64,000 bases of DNA from Takakia lepidozioides (Eukaryota; Plantae; Bryophyta): positions 57,536,001 through 57,600,000 of the forward strand of contig CM060731.1 of assembly GCA_030704615.1 (NCBI GenBank), read 5' to 3'. Positions within the stretch are counted from its first letter, which is position 1. Each line of letters starts with the position of its first letter. The notes under the pieces were generated by a model, which was given only the letters and a program-made list of their open reading frames with translations, was not told the origin of the DNA and searched no databases. The translations under genes and the position numbers were made by a program. Below, piece after piece: positions 50,884-64,000 of the stretch.

Positions 50884-51489
50884 TGCAACACTTTCAGAGG
50901 AGACCTACGTAGGCATGACAAAACAGAAGCAGCAGGCACAGTATCCCCGACTTCATGCTGCAACCCAAAACCCACCCCCGAATCACATTTCCTCCGCAGA
51001 ATGGCCCTTGGATTTGGAGACGTCACAGTGGCAGGTATGGACCTCTTGACACAAGCTTGCTGCTTCAACTGCTTGAGAATCGGCATCAAGCCACAAGGTT
51101 TCCCTAATCAAAGAGTTCACTTCCTCACTAAATCCCTCAGGATCGCCCTCTTCTCTTCACTCTTTCCAACCCAGCAACAGGCCCACTTACCTTCTAAACA
51201 GTAATCTCCAGTTGTGTGGCTTCAGGTGTCTGGGCCAATGCAAGGCACGAGGTGGAGGCGACGAAGCAAGCAGATAGCACTCAGACAAGCTACCAACAAT
51301 CATTCTCACCTACTCTGCCGTCGCATGCTGTTCTACTTCGGCCCAACGAGTTAGGATAGTCACTGCATGGGGTAGGAGTGCTGGAGGTGCTGGCGGCTCA
51401 ATGGCTTCCCATACCTTCCGTGTCATGCACATACATATCGCTACACAACTACATCGTTGTCCAAACCACACAACACATATGCACACATC

Positions 51490-51612
51490 ACACACTAGTC
51501 TACCATTAGTCCGTCACAAGTCCGCCACTAGGCTGTCACTAGGCAGTCACTAGTCTGTGCCACTCGTTTGCCACTAGGTAGCCACTGCCACTAGACTTCA
51601 CTAGTCTGCCAC
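51490..51612. repeat. Degenerate CACTAG-core short tandem repeat
   Basis: About nine (c/t)cactag-like units spaced 8-15 bp apart. Confidence 0.7.
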
Positions 51613-53558
51613 AATGATGAATCAGAAGTACACAAGCTCACACAAACTGATGCATATATAAAATCATCACTTAAATACAGTCGAGCCAAGTGCACTCCAT
51701 GCCATGGGGAATACACACTACGACACCATAGCTAGACGCAGTGAGGCTCAACTTGAGAAAGATGAGCCACACCGCGATCTGTTGTGGAGATGACCATGCT
51801 AGGTGCCCAAACATACCTTGGCCCCTGGCTTGACATTAGGCCAGTCCCAAACGTCAAAACATAGAAACTAGTTATTAACTAGCTAGTTTCACACTAGTGG
51901 TAAAATAACTTGACAGCTGTCGTGAGGTGCGACCATGGATTTAGCTGGTTTTCATAAAAACCGCTTTACGTACTTTTATGTACAGACTGTGATCCACATG
52001 AATTTGTTTATCAGGCCTTCATCTACACGTGTTTTTGAAGATTCAAGCAGTAGTAGGGACAAGCCCGGCTACTAGAACCTTTAGTTCTTCCCTAGGTGAC
52101 TTGCAAGGCTGGAATGAAGTGAACATAACTTGGCTTTAAACTGGCAAGCTTCGAGCAGTTTGATTGCAAACCCACAGACTGGGGAGGAGGAAAGAGTTGT
52201 TGGACGGGAAGAATATAAGCTTTTTGGGCTTAATCACCGTGAGCACAGAACCAGGCTGGCATTAACTATTGAGCTGTGATCTTACATTTTACTGTCCATT
52301 AAGGCTGTAGACCCTGCCTGAACTTCCATAATCTAGTGGATGGTGACAAGATTAATCAGACACTGATAATTGTGGTCCCCCCAATGTTAAGGGAAACTCT
52401 GCATTGCTGTGAATTGCTGTGGATGAGTGTATGTCAAAGCTTGGGTGGAACTACAACAACATGTCCATGTGGCTGCAAAAGCAGTGATTGTCAGCGCCAT
52501 CAAATGGAGTCCAACACCCAACCCCAATTACTTGCAATGTCAAGCAAAGATATTTCTTGGGGTTCAAGCAGTTGCTCTCAGAAGATACCTCCAAGTTTAA
52601 GTGAACTGCCAATAATATGCCACGTAAGCAAATTGCGCTCTTTAACAAGTCAACCACAGACATCCAATATACCAAGGGCTGTATACACACCAGGAGGGGA
52701 CAGTTATAGTACATAGGGACTTCTAACTGAATGTGAAGTCTTGACTTTTGACACTGCATCCTCAAAGGCTCCACTCAAATGTGTTCAACAAAGAAGAGCA
52801 TACAAAGCCCAAGTTTTCTGATACAGAAACAGCTTAAATTCACTGCACAAAAGAAGCAGCCTTCCAGCCTGACCCTTTCTAAGATACATCTAAGTACACT
52901 CATCATTTCACATGCAGTCAATTTGACTGACTCCAACGGTTGTGCATCCAAGGACACTCTTGTTACAAAACATCAAGCAACACTTTGTCTACCATGCGGC
53001 TCAGGCAGATAACCTCTAAATCTAAACCAACATAACACAGTCACTCTGGTATAGGGTGTTATATGCCCGTTTCTTGGTTGGTGAACTGGGGCCAATTTGT
53101 CCTCTCTTTCTCCAGTTGCACTTGCCAACCCATGTTTGGATCCAAGAGTGGTCAGAACTACATGGAATGCATTTACTGCAAGACAGACTTCGGCTGTAAG
53201 GTCGGAGCCACTTGCACAGCTGTAGGCTTCACCTGTGGTTGAGATGATAGATGGTGGGACAAACTAACACCTTGGAATTGGAAGGATGAAGCTCATCGAC
53301 TACATCTATTCGGATGTGGCATGAAACCGCAGAGATTTGCCTTGTTTTCCTACGAAACTTTATGCAGGCAACAGTAAAGGGTCAAAAAGCCACAAAGCTT
53401 GGGGAGCTCTGTCAACTAGCTGCGAAGATATCAATAGAAGTTGCCTGATACAAATGTTGAAGCCATCAACGGGAACCACTACATGGTCATTTCGTACTGG
53501 TACACAGGAAAAACAGAGGGTGAGACAGGTCTTCAGCAAGGTTGACGAGAAAAGGAGG

Positions 53559-56500
53559 TCATTGTGGGGGAGGAGGTATGTTAGCAACCATTCGCCGCTG
53601 TCTTTGTCGGAGATACAACACAGAAAGCAAGCAAATGAACAGTGTCACCAGGGTTGCATTTCCATCGTCCAGAGTGAATTCCACTAGCCAGGTGCCCATC
53701 TTCGGTATTGCCTCTGGCAGTGAATCAATCAGTCGCACCTGCATTCCATTAGACACATTTCAGTCCTCGAATTAAGAACTAAAAAAAATATCAGTGCATG
53801 TATATCTCCATGTCCTGGTACTTGAAGGGGCATTAGAGAGAGGAAGAGGAAGTTGATGAGGTGCTTGCCTGTTTAAGAACATAGCTTTCCCAAGAATTCC
53901 AAGCTTTCCAAACTCCTGTGACTCAAGTTCAACACCAACCAGCAGAAGCTTCTTCATTCATAGCTTGTTTCAGACATGGCATTGGGTTGCTCACCATTGG
54001 ATCCCACAGGGAAGCACCCCTAGTGGTTCTACTAGAATTAGGCAGGATATGTGGCATCTACAAATAGTGAATGGCGACTGGTAAGTGATATAATAGCAAT
54101 TTAATCTGGATCTATTGGTGCTGGAACAAACAGCTTACCACAAAGCTTCCACCGTAGTGTTGCCGAAGCCAGAGGCCAGTTAGAGCCAGCGTGACAGGTA
54201 AAGCAGCAGCTGGCTCTGTCTCAAGGGCTTGGTCGTAGAAGCGCTTGGCAAGATGAAGATCCCTTGGCAGACCCAAGCCATGTTCATACATATAACCTAA
54301 GTTGAACATCGCCTGAGAATTGAGCTGCAACTGCGCCCGCCTGTATGCTTCTGCCGCCCGATCCAAATCTTTCTCAGTTCCCTGCACATTCCAAGACATT
54401 AGATCCCCAGTTGAGAAAGCGGGTAATATTGGAGTCTCATCTGGTAAGTGACCTTAACAAAACTTTTATTTACTCATTTTCCAGAGGCCATCACTGATGT
54501 TGCCCTGTAGGAGCAAGAACTCACCCTGCCATAGTAGTACGCATCTCCAATGAGTAGTGCTGCATGCTCATTGCCTTGCTCTGAAGCATAGCGCCACAAG
54601 GTATGTGCCCGTTGGTGTCGCTCCATATCTGTGCAAACTCCCGATTTCCCAAGGCAAACCCCCTCACTATGGTACTTCTCCAGAATCCACGCCGCATTGC
54701 TCTGAGCAGCCTCGTAGCCAAGCTCAGCTGCACGAGAGTAAAGGAGAAGAGCCTTGCCAATCTGGCCTTTCACATAGCACTCCAATGCCCACCGCATGAT
54801 TGAACCCCAGGGACCCCTTTCTGCCACTATCTTGTATAGTGCAGCCGCCTGCTCCATCAGAGCTGAGTTCAGTAAACAAACAAGAGGCGGACATGAAACA
54901 AGCATGTCTCTGGTGTCTCTTCACCTTGGACTACTGCCATCCATTTGGTAGGCAGACACCCTCTAACCCATTACTGAATCCCTTCCCCAAGAACTCTAAA
55001 CGCCCTACGACATTAAGTGACCAATTTAGCTAGTAACCACCTCTTTATGGCTAGGGGCTTTAATGGCTGGCACCCAACTGACAGATTTAAACCCCCTTCC
55101 ACTTGCAAGGCAGACTTGTGCCCTAGCCACCGGCCATCTGTTGGATGCACTTTCAGTAGAGTAAAGACTGTCTTTTGGACGCTTTCAGAAGACAGATGCA
55201 CTACATAGCAAAGCGACAAGACATGTGGAAGAGGCAACTGCCAGTGACACAGTGGTGACATGAAACAAGAATCACTCAAACAACCTTGACCAAACAGAGG
55301 CTTATTGATCACAAAGGCACCTGAAGCACAAAATTCTCACATGATTTACTATCTCCACATGCAATTTTAGGAGTAGCATACTGTTGCAAGGGTCATCTGC
55401 TGACAGCAAAATTTCCATTAACTTAGCCTGGGATGAACAGTATCGATACAAGTCCTCAAGGTTGGAGGAACATAAGCACATGGAAGGTCTTTGGATGAAG
55501 TAGAAAATGCATCTGTTCGTGTACTCAGCAAAAGACTTACTGTTGCCACATCCCTTTTCATGCCAGGAATCCCTCGCTGCTGTATCTTGGCAAGCTGGTA
55601 GAATGCTTTCGGATGCCCCTTATTAGCTGCCGTCAAGAAGTGTTTACATGCTTCCTTCACATCTTTTTTTACTCCCATTCCCTTCAGATAAAGAACGCCC
55701 ATGTTGTAATGCCCATGGGAATCGCCTGAATCTGCAGCTTTTTTGAAGAACTCCTTTGCCTGCTCCACCACCACAAATCCAGTCATAAATCCATGAGTTG
55801 AGCCCTATAAAACTTATCTCCACTAGTTTAATTGTTACTGAAGCATCTCCCTCATTTCTTCACCCTTGGGTTATGTATTAGTCTGGATGTATCTCTTCCT
55901 TACCCAAATCAAAGAGGTGAACCGGCGCCCTCCTTCACTGAAGAGTCCTTACCAACCTGTACAGCTGTAACCGAAGGTCGACTTACAAGGTTACGAGTGT
56001 CTTTATTCCTCTGGGTTATCTCCCTATCTCTCCCATGCCCATTTTAACCTCTATGTATGTCACTGACTTCACCTACCACATGTTTTCCATATTACTTGGA
56101 ACCAGCATCCTGCAAGGCTCCAGCATGTAAGGATGCTTAACTACTGCACACGATTAGGGATTGTGCCTGTCTTCCAGTTAATTATCGTTATAACATTTTG
56201 AAACCCAATTACAAGCATAGCTGGATATGATACATGTTCATTACCCTGGTATGATTCTTGCCATCCACCACCCCTTGTCCCTTGACATAGAGATACCCAA
56301 TTCCGTTAAGGGCCGAGAAATGCTTTTGGCGAGCAGCTGCCATGAACCACTCATAAGCTCGGGAGTAGTTCCGCTCAACACCATAGCCACGTGCATAAAT
56401 CTCTCCCAGCAGCTCCATTGACCGTGAATCCGACTTCTCCACTGCCTTCAAAAACCATGTGAGAGCCTTGGTGTGATCACGCCGCACGCCACGTAACCCA

Positions 56501-59500
56501 AAGTAATAAAATACTCCCAGTCGATACATTGCCTCCGGATATCCCTTGTGAGCCTGGACTACAGCTTATTGTTAGTGACTCGAGTAGAGTCTGTGAGAAC
56601 TACTGAAATCAGTAAACAAAAACCTGACAGCCCTGACCAGCTGTAGTCCATGTGCACTGACATATCAAGCATGCTCTGTGCTAGGGGCCAGCCAGATCCA
56701 CTTTCTACTACTTCTGCTGGTCTGAAGCCTGATCCTTTGGTTGGAGATGTGAGGGGAAGCCTTTATGACAAAGCTGTAGTAAAAAAAACTTTCGCCAAAC
56801 TTAGACAATGTTAACAAACCACCCTCTAACATAAATGATTACCAACTCCTTCAAATAGAGTAAGATACATTACCTCAAGTTCAATATAAAAGTTGAGAAA
56901 ATAGAATAATGCCTTCCCTGTTTTCTTCTGGTTATAAATATACAGATGACTCTCTGAACATGAACATGATTTGGATGCAAAAGAGGGAACCTACCTGATA
57001 CTCTAGGAACTGGAAATCGTCATCATCTTCCCCACGAAATTTTTTCAAGGCCTCCTTGCTTTCCTCAAATCCATCATTCAATCGCACTGGTTCCATGAGA
57101 GGATTATCTTTAGAGCTTAAGAAACTGGCCATGGCAGTAGCTGCCAGCTCTGCATACAATTTGACCGCCTCCTCGTGCATCTACAGCACAGACACCGTAA
57201 ACCTCAGAATGGAAACACCGAATTGAATTCCAGGGCATGGAAAAAAATTGGTCGATCACACTTGACTGCCATTTCTCTCTCTCTCTCTCTCTCTCTGTCC
57301 TCTCAAATCCATTAAGGGATTTGTGCCTATACCTCTGTTTGCCAACTTTGAAAATCTTGAGGCTGGGCCAAAAGCCCTTTTGGGGCCTAGTTATTGGGCA
57401 AATCACACACAGCAGATTTGATGCTTGCGTAAAGGGATTTCTAGAGGATATCTGGAAAACTCGGATCAACTGTCTGTTCCAAGGTAAGTCATACTACCGA
57501 CATCAGCCCCTGACAAAGATAGTTTCAGTCCCTTTGTGTTCCGCTCAAACTGGGAGCTAGGTCAATGGCCACAAGGCTACGGCAAACGAAGTCTTGTGAG
57601 TACATTCTCTTGCGGGGTCAATGGCCGGAAGGCTATGGCAAGCCAGCATTCGCAGGGAACAGTATGAACATTTTCTCTCTTGCTTTCTCTTGAACATTTT
57701 CTCCCTAGGTCCTAACTGTCCTACATGGTCAGAAGAGAGGCTTCCCTTAGAAGCCCTGGCTGCGCTTCTCATTTGGAAGACGAGCAGGCAGGAGCTGAAG
57801 GAGCAGTCACCTCACTGCTGAACCATGACTGCAAGCAAGGTACCCTTTAAACACACCGAAGTGCTGCTCAGTATGGCAACACAGGGCTGAATGCTGCTGT
57901 AACAGCATAAGCAATGCTGTGCTTTTGCTGATGTACTGTTGCTAGAGATAAGTACCACCCTCCCACCCACAAATGTGCTGTCTTTTCCTTCTGTAATACA
58001 AACAACGAATGTCTCATAGCGAAAGTGAACATGGATAGCCATTTAAGCCATTTAAGCCTGGGGTCCAACAGGGATCACAAACCTGTTGGTTGGTTGTGAT
58101 GGATCCAGTTGAGGCGGCTTCACTTGCTTTAGAGGGTAGACATACTCAGATTGTGAAAAGCGAAATAAAAGGCATAAGGAAAGCTTTCATGCTGCCTCAT
58201 GCTTGGTGTGGAATGGTGTTGAGAGTAAACATTTGTTTGTGCTATTCAAATGTTTGTTGGACTGTAGGAAGACATTAGGATCTGATCACCAGTGGCAGCC
58301 TTGCCATTTCCTGAAATTGTTTGATTTACATGTAATTCTAGTGGTTATATTGAAGGAGATGGATCATGTCCAGATGTGTGGTGTCGTTAAGCTAAAACAC
58401 AACTAGATCCAAATCATCTAGGACTGGACAATTCTTGACATGACTGAACCATTCTCTCTCCAACCCTGCACACAATCCAGAGTGAAGGGCATCTCATTTC
58501 TGTGGTAAACGCAGGGCTATAAAATAAAGTCCATAACCCTGCAACCAGGCTGTTGAGTTTGCATGCAGACAAGTGCCTCTGTGAGTCACTTGATGGCAGT
58601 TGTGGGAAAATAAGTTTATACCTGCAGCTGAGCCCATGCCTTGTGTCAGAATTAGGAAACCTGAAAATGAGAGGCTTGAAGACTTTTGCCTCTCTGCCTC
58701 TCTTTCCTGCTTGTATCTTGATGGTGGCTAAGTTTTTAGTAGCACCACTCAAAGAATTGCCTAATTCCCTAATTCTGTTTGGCTTTTTTTGCCTAGAATG
58801 GAAGGGGATAACGGGGGTTCTCCCTAGGTCCTAACCTAAAGCAGCTGTCCTACATGGTCAGGAAAGAGGCTGCCCCATAATGTTAGAAGCCCTGGCTGCT
58901 CTTCTCATTTGGAAGAGCAGGCAGGAGCTGAAGGAGCAGTGACCTCAGTGCCAGGAACTGTGGCTTCAAGGTACTAACTTAGGCTCTTTACTTTCAAGTG
59001 TTGCTCAGTATCACAACACAGGGCTGAGTGCTGCTGTAACAGCCTAAGCAATGCCTTGCTTTGCTGATGTACTGTTGCAAGAAATACTACCACCCTCCCA
59101 CCCACTGGTATGCAGTCATTTCTTTCTATCTTGCAATCCAAGAATGTCTCCTAGCTAAAGTGGACATGGGTAACAACTGTGAAGCCGTTTAAGCCTTGCA
59201 TTCTCTGCATGTCGCTAATCTATTGGTTGGTGGGTGTGCATAATGGGGCCAAGTGAGGCAGCTTCAATTGCTTTAGAGGGTAGACATGCTTGGATTGTGC
59301 AAAGGAAAGAAAGGGCATAAGGGAAGCCTTCTTGCTGCCTCATAGTTCTAGGAGAAATGGGGAAATCAAGAAAGACAATGACAGATAAAATTAGATGTGA
59401 CTAATGGAAACATGTCACAGGTAGTTCGGCATATGAGAATCTATTGAACACTATGAGGCATCTTAAAACTTCGCGATGTACCCATATCAGTGCAATATGG

Positions 59501-60795
59501 ACTAAACCCACACCTGCTGCCGGGAGTAGCTGTAGGCCAGGGCCATCTTTGATTGAAAGTTCCCACCTTCTGCTGCAAAATGGTGCAACAAAAATGCTTT
59601 TGCATCGCTCTGCTCCACACCATAACCAGCACCGTGCAAAAATGCAAAGGTCGATTGTGCATGTGCATTCCCATTATCTGCCTCTGACTTCAGATGCTTA
59701 ATGGCTTCCTTCAGAACATCTGACTCCCCCTCGCTTACACCCTCGATCAGTTTTCTTACTCCGATGGCATACTGCACGCATGTTGCACTCAAAAACAGTT
59801 TAAGCATAACTCCAAAGATGGTGAGGTGGAAGTTCCAAGGGTTGATGATGGACCATGGGTAACCATTAACATAAGCTGTAAAGGTTGTTGCACTACAATT
59901 CCATTATGGCTTAACCCTAAGACTCCAGGCACAACCAGACCTGCTACCAGTCCATAACATCAGACAAACAGTAATTATTGTGGCGTGTCGGTGATACACC
60001 CACTCAACACGAAGGAAAAATTTCAGACCGCTCATATCTCTGTTGGCAGATTCTTGAATTTCCTGGGAACCTCTATTGTAGATGTTTGGGTGCAGGTAAG
60101 CCATCAAAATGCATTACTACAAAATCAAAACCTACCCCAGTCAGTGATCTTTCCAGAGAAATCTGAATTCCAAATTTATCTCAGTATAAAGGCCTGCAAT
60201 TTTCTTGAAATTCGCCATCGATTCTAAGCTTAGGGCTAGGGTTATACACGTACTCACTCCTTGCAATACGGACAACGTAAGGAAACCCTAAAACCATAAA
60301 CTCTTCCACAGTATTGGTACATTTCTTGCTTTCTGCACACTACAGTCAATGTAAGAAGGCGCAATTTTCCGGTGAAGAAGCTCGGGGATTGCCATTGAGA
60401 AAAGGAAGTAACACAGAATAAGATCAATAGGTGTGTATAGATATGCTACATACCTCATTGCCTCCGTTTTCTTCCGCATGGGACTGCTCCAGAACATGGT
60501 TCCATGAACCCGGATCAAGATCCTCGTCCCCTTTTTCTTCAGTATCCCCAAACTCATCCCACTCAATGGCAGAATCCGGCCCATCTGTCCATCCGATCCG
60601 GCCCCCTCTGTCCTCTGCGGCATCTGACATGCTAAATTCTTCACCGTTGGCACCCGCCTCTCCGCCATCTTTAGTATCATCGTCCTCCCAAACAATCACG
60701 AAGTTCCGGGCCGCAGATACTAGAGGGAGGGACACTAACAAAAGGCCCAACAGGGTGAGTTGGAATCCAGTACAGGGATGCAAATTACCCCTCAT
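53559..60795 (-). CDS. HRD3: ERAD E3 ligase component HRD3/SEL1L; exons 60454-60795, 59514-59771, 56995-57180, 56245-56553, 55541-55759, 54525-54848, 54139-54381, 53559-53738 (686 aa)
   Basis: Signal peptide, acidic N-terminus (EWDEFGD..LDPGSW), Sel1 repeats ([51 protein letters not shown]) and C-terminal TM. All seven introns are GT-AG and phase 0. Confidence 0.96.
57700..59345. repeat. Diverged ~500-bp direct duplication in HRD3 intron 2 (57700-58205 and 58818-59343)
   Basis: Shared tctccctaggtcctaac...gcaggagctgaaggagcagt...gctttagagggtagacat. Confidence 0.85.
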
Positions 60796-61699
60796 TTTGA
60801 CTTAAGCCAGGCCGAAGTCAACCCCCCTGTGAGATCTGACCCTCACGAAAAACATTGTGCAGTAGCATTTCCCAGACTTATCCACTCGCATTCCTCCCCA
60901 ACCTCGTGCCCATCTCTACCCCTCTTCATCGTTTCCCTCACCCTCCCCCTCTCCCAAGAGCCGGCCATGGCAGCACTGTCTAATCACACCATCGATTACA
61001 CTTACACTTTTCAGTATTAGAGAATGTATGATTGTCTTCTTATTTAACAGTTAATTTTACTTATTAGATTGTTTTTTATTGGCTCGTTGAAGTCAATGGA
61101 GAAAATGTGGTCAAAGGACCTTACACCGTGTCAAAGGCTCCGATTGGTGTGTTGTGCTGAGTCATGCCCCTTACTTTCACCTCCCCTCTATGTTTTGCCA
61201 AAAGAAGAGAGCTCAATGCTGTTTGAGGCTTGTTTATTTTGGGTTTCCTGTTCTAGTCAAGCTCTTTGTATTTTTGGTGTTGGGACCTCATTTGGCATAT
61301 GTCTCATTTGGATCCTTATAAAATCTCATGTGGTGGGTGGAGGGGGCTGAGTCCTCTCCTTGTAGTTGAGCCTCCATTGCCCAAGCTCTTGAGGGAGAAA
61401 GGTGAAGAAGGTTTGTAGGGTATATTACCAACAAGGTGGCCTTGGCCATGATGTTCCAAACCCAAGCAAGATTGAACCCTAACTTGTATAAGTAGTTGGT
61501 TCTTGGGGTTCGGGGGCTTCTCTCCGAAAGAAATGTGTCGTACCTCTAGTATGCAAATATTGAATTCCATCTAAAACTGAGCATCATACTTAACCCATTT
61601 GTTGTAATTATGAGCTTGTGGCACCATGATCTTAGCCTTGGCCTGTAAAAAGCACCACTTCACTGTAAGCCTATAAGTCTTCAAGAAAAGTATCAAGGT

Positions 61700-62260
61700 C
61701 ACGTGGGTTAGCCATGGTAGACACCAATGGTGTAGCATGGATAGAAGAAACCCAAGTTCTCACATAAACCATCTAAAAATACATCTGTCTAGTATTAGGC
61801 ACGGCAGTCCTATAGGCAAATGTAAGAGGACAAGAAAGTATTACAATCATGAGTTAAAACACCACTACGTTTTAGCATCTGACATAGAGTTTGATTGAAG
61901 CATCTCAAGAGTCCATTAGTTTGAGGATGATAGGGCGTAACGGTAGAATATTGTTTCACATCAAGGCTGAAGCACACGGCCACCGAGAGCAATTGGTTAC
62001 AAGAACTCTTTTCTTTGATGTGTTAGGATTTCATGCGGACAACCATGGCGTAAGATAATCTCTGCATTGAAAAAGAACTGAACTACATAATCAATATCCT
62101 AGGAGAACAAATGTTGTCTCCATCAATCCACTTGGTCAAGTAATTTGTCACCACACATAGGTAACGATATCCCTTAGACTTGGTCAAAAGAGGGCACACC
62201 ATATCCAAGCCAAGTACTTTTGCAAAAGCAGGGGCTCTACCTTCCAACTCTCAAAACTAG
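61700..62260 (-). pseudogene. Decayed Ty3/gypsy integrase fragment of a different family
   Basis: GLDMVCPL..SKGYRYLCVVTNYLTKW and TPYHPQTNGLLRCFNQTLCQML. Confidence 0.75.
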
Positions 62261-62669
62261 AGCTTATTCGCCTAAAACTTGTTTTTCACATCTAACTCTA
62301 AGCAAGAATCCTCGTAAACACAAGCTCTAGCTATGGTTGCATCAACATTCAAATCAACGTCATAGTTGCGACTCTGAAGATGATGATACGTCCATATATC
62401 TACCAAAACAATATTTATTCCTAGTTGGGGTCCCCACTGACGTAAAAACTCTCAAAGCTCTGCTGATGGACCTCATCCAAATAAATGAACCTATTTATTT
62501 TTGGGGTCGGACAGTTTGTCGGGTTTGGGGAAGCTCCACATGTCCTTGTACTTTGGGAACCGTTCCAGATTTGGAGCCACCGGGTCTGTCCAACCACCCA
62601 GCATATTAGAAAGCGCCAAACACCACAAAAACGAATTGTTGCCACGACAATTCGGTTAAGAATGTATAA

Positions 62670-64000
62670 CCTTTTCTGTTGCATCCACATATGATGTGGC
62701 TAGACGATGCAGCTTCTCCAATGTCATCGTGGGCTTCAGAGCGCGGGAGTAGTGCTTCCCCACCTCCACCAGAAAATCGGCACCAAGGGCGGGATCAGCT
62801 ATGGCCACGTACTTTACCATCCGCGACTTATACTTGATGCGGGCCTTCGCCTCCGCAGCTTTGAGATATGATTCTAGTGCCGGGAAGGTTAGTTTCTTTT
62901 CCTCTGACTCCACGTAGAACCTCCGCGCATGTGCCAAATCCTGCTGAATTTTCGTCTGTCAAGAATACGCACATAAGATTAGAGATCCTGCTCAACACTT
63001 TTTCTTCTATTGGGGGAGGAGAGACAAATTAGCTCAACAAAACAGTGAGGAGCTTTACCCGAAATATGTAGTCCACCATGGCGTCCATGCTCAGCCTATA
63101 CCAGGTTCTGTCTGCCTTTGCCTCCGACTTGCGCAGGAGGTCGGCACTGAGCGAATTGGCAAACTCTTGCACCCCTTGCTTCCTGACAGCCTTCACTCGG
63201 AAGAGCATATGGGACAAGTTGGTGGCAATGAAGACATTCTCAGTCACCCTGCAATGCCACATTTCCATTAAACAATACAGAAATGAGAATTTGCAACAAA
63301 TATGACGATTGGCAATGAAATGACTGTTTCAAATTCAAAGTTCCAAAGCAAGAAGCATTGTAACTTACGAGTTGATGTCTGCCATTGCCGCTTTGAGAAG
63401 ACTGCGATCTTTGGGCCCCGCAACCTTGAGCACAACACACTCCACGGCGAAATGCCAATCCAGGTCGTTGGGGTGGGCTTGGGCTATGTACTTCATCCAT
63501 GCCAGAAGGCGATGATTGCCGTCCCACATGTAAAACATCTTTCCGGACAAGTGCTGGAAAAGAGGATCAGTAGCAATCAATCTCTCGAACTCCTCATTTC
63601 GCCTTTGCCAATGGGGATCCCATTTGTCCACCTCATCGGAAGTGTGGGCACGAGAAGCTCCGTGGTCGTTCTCCATGGAAACGTAAAACGCGACAGACCC
63701 CATTCGATATCCCTCCCGTAAAGAGAATTTCAGCTTGTCGATATTGCCTGGGAGGGCAGGTCTCACCACCTACAATGAAACCAAGCGGCAAAGGGGAATC
63801 CGAAGCTTGGCCGGGTACACCATGCCCCCCAGGACCCTGCCAATGTTGCTGTGGGTTGCCTCCAACATCTTGGCAGCGGCCAACTTCATATCCGCCTCCG
63901 ACATGACGTCTGTTGCAGGGGGGTTCTCCGGCAGCCCACCCGGACCGCCAAATCCAGCCTGTATGCTGCGGGTTTGGGGCCAGGGGATGTCCGGGAGGAT
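62670..64000 (-). CDS. Spliced gene with a ParB/Srx-like DGNHR motif, partial (5' end outside the window); exons 63369-63769, 63059-63248, ~62671-62955
   Basis: FYMWDGNHRLLAW motif; short GT-AG introns join ORFs 63365..63769, 63029..63268 and 62656..62937 in consistent phase. Confidence 0.6.

Noticed and set aside
49546-51204. Minus-strand ORF fragments, possibly TE-derived
   Set aside because: Fragmented, with no diagnostic domain that I can identify.

Overview
Nuclear DNA of a plant, most likely a seed-free land plant (inferred from a replitron relic, a GCM/SWIM transposase and DYW-type PLS PPR genes). From left to right: (1) a decayed, rearranged Ty3/gypsy copy; (2) a scrambled PPR-gene relic; (3) a young full-length 13.4-kb Ty3/gypsy element (7841-21270, TSD GTAAC) with extra ORFs; (4) a GGTTACA minisatellite and a replitron HUH relic; (5) an 8-kb Mutator-like element (9-bp TSD) carrying a hairpin satellite array and a PPR fragment; (6) a ~10.3-kb palindrome whose arms each hold a PLS-DYW PPR gene; (7) an L-type lectin receptor kinase; (8) an intact 8-exon HRD3/SEL1L gene; (9) a spliced ParB-like (DGNHR) gene cut by the window end. 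The most striking system is the palindromic gene pair. Each copy appears to encode three intron-split OSB-type 'PDF' ssDNA-binding motifs fused to a PPR-E1-E2-DYW deaminase. The PPR arrays are near-clonal 303-bp L-S-P modules, and the order of RNA-code residues differs between the two copies. Repeated regions contain many 1-2 nt indels while single-copy genes are clean, so many frameshifts may be consensus errors.
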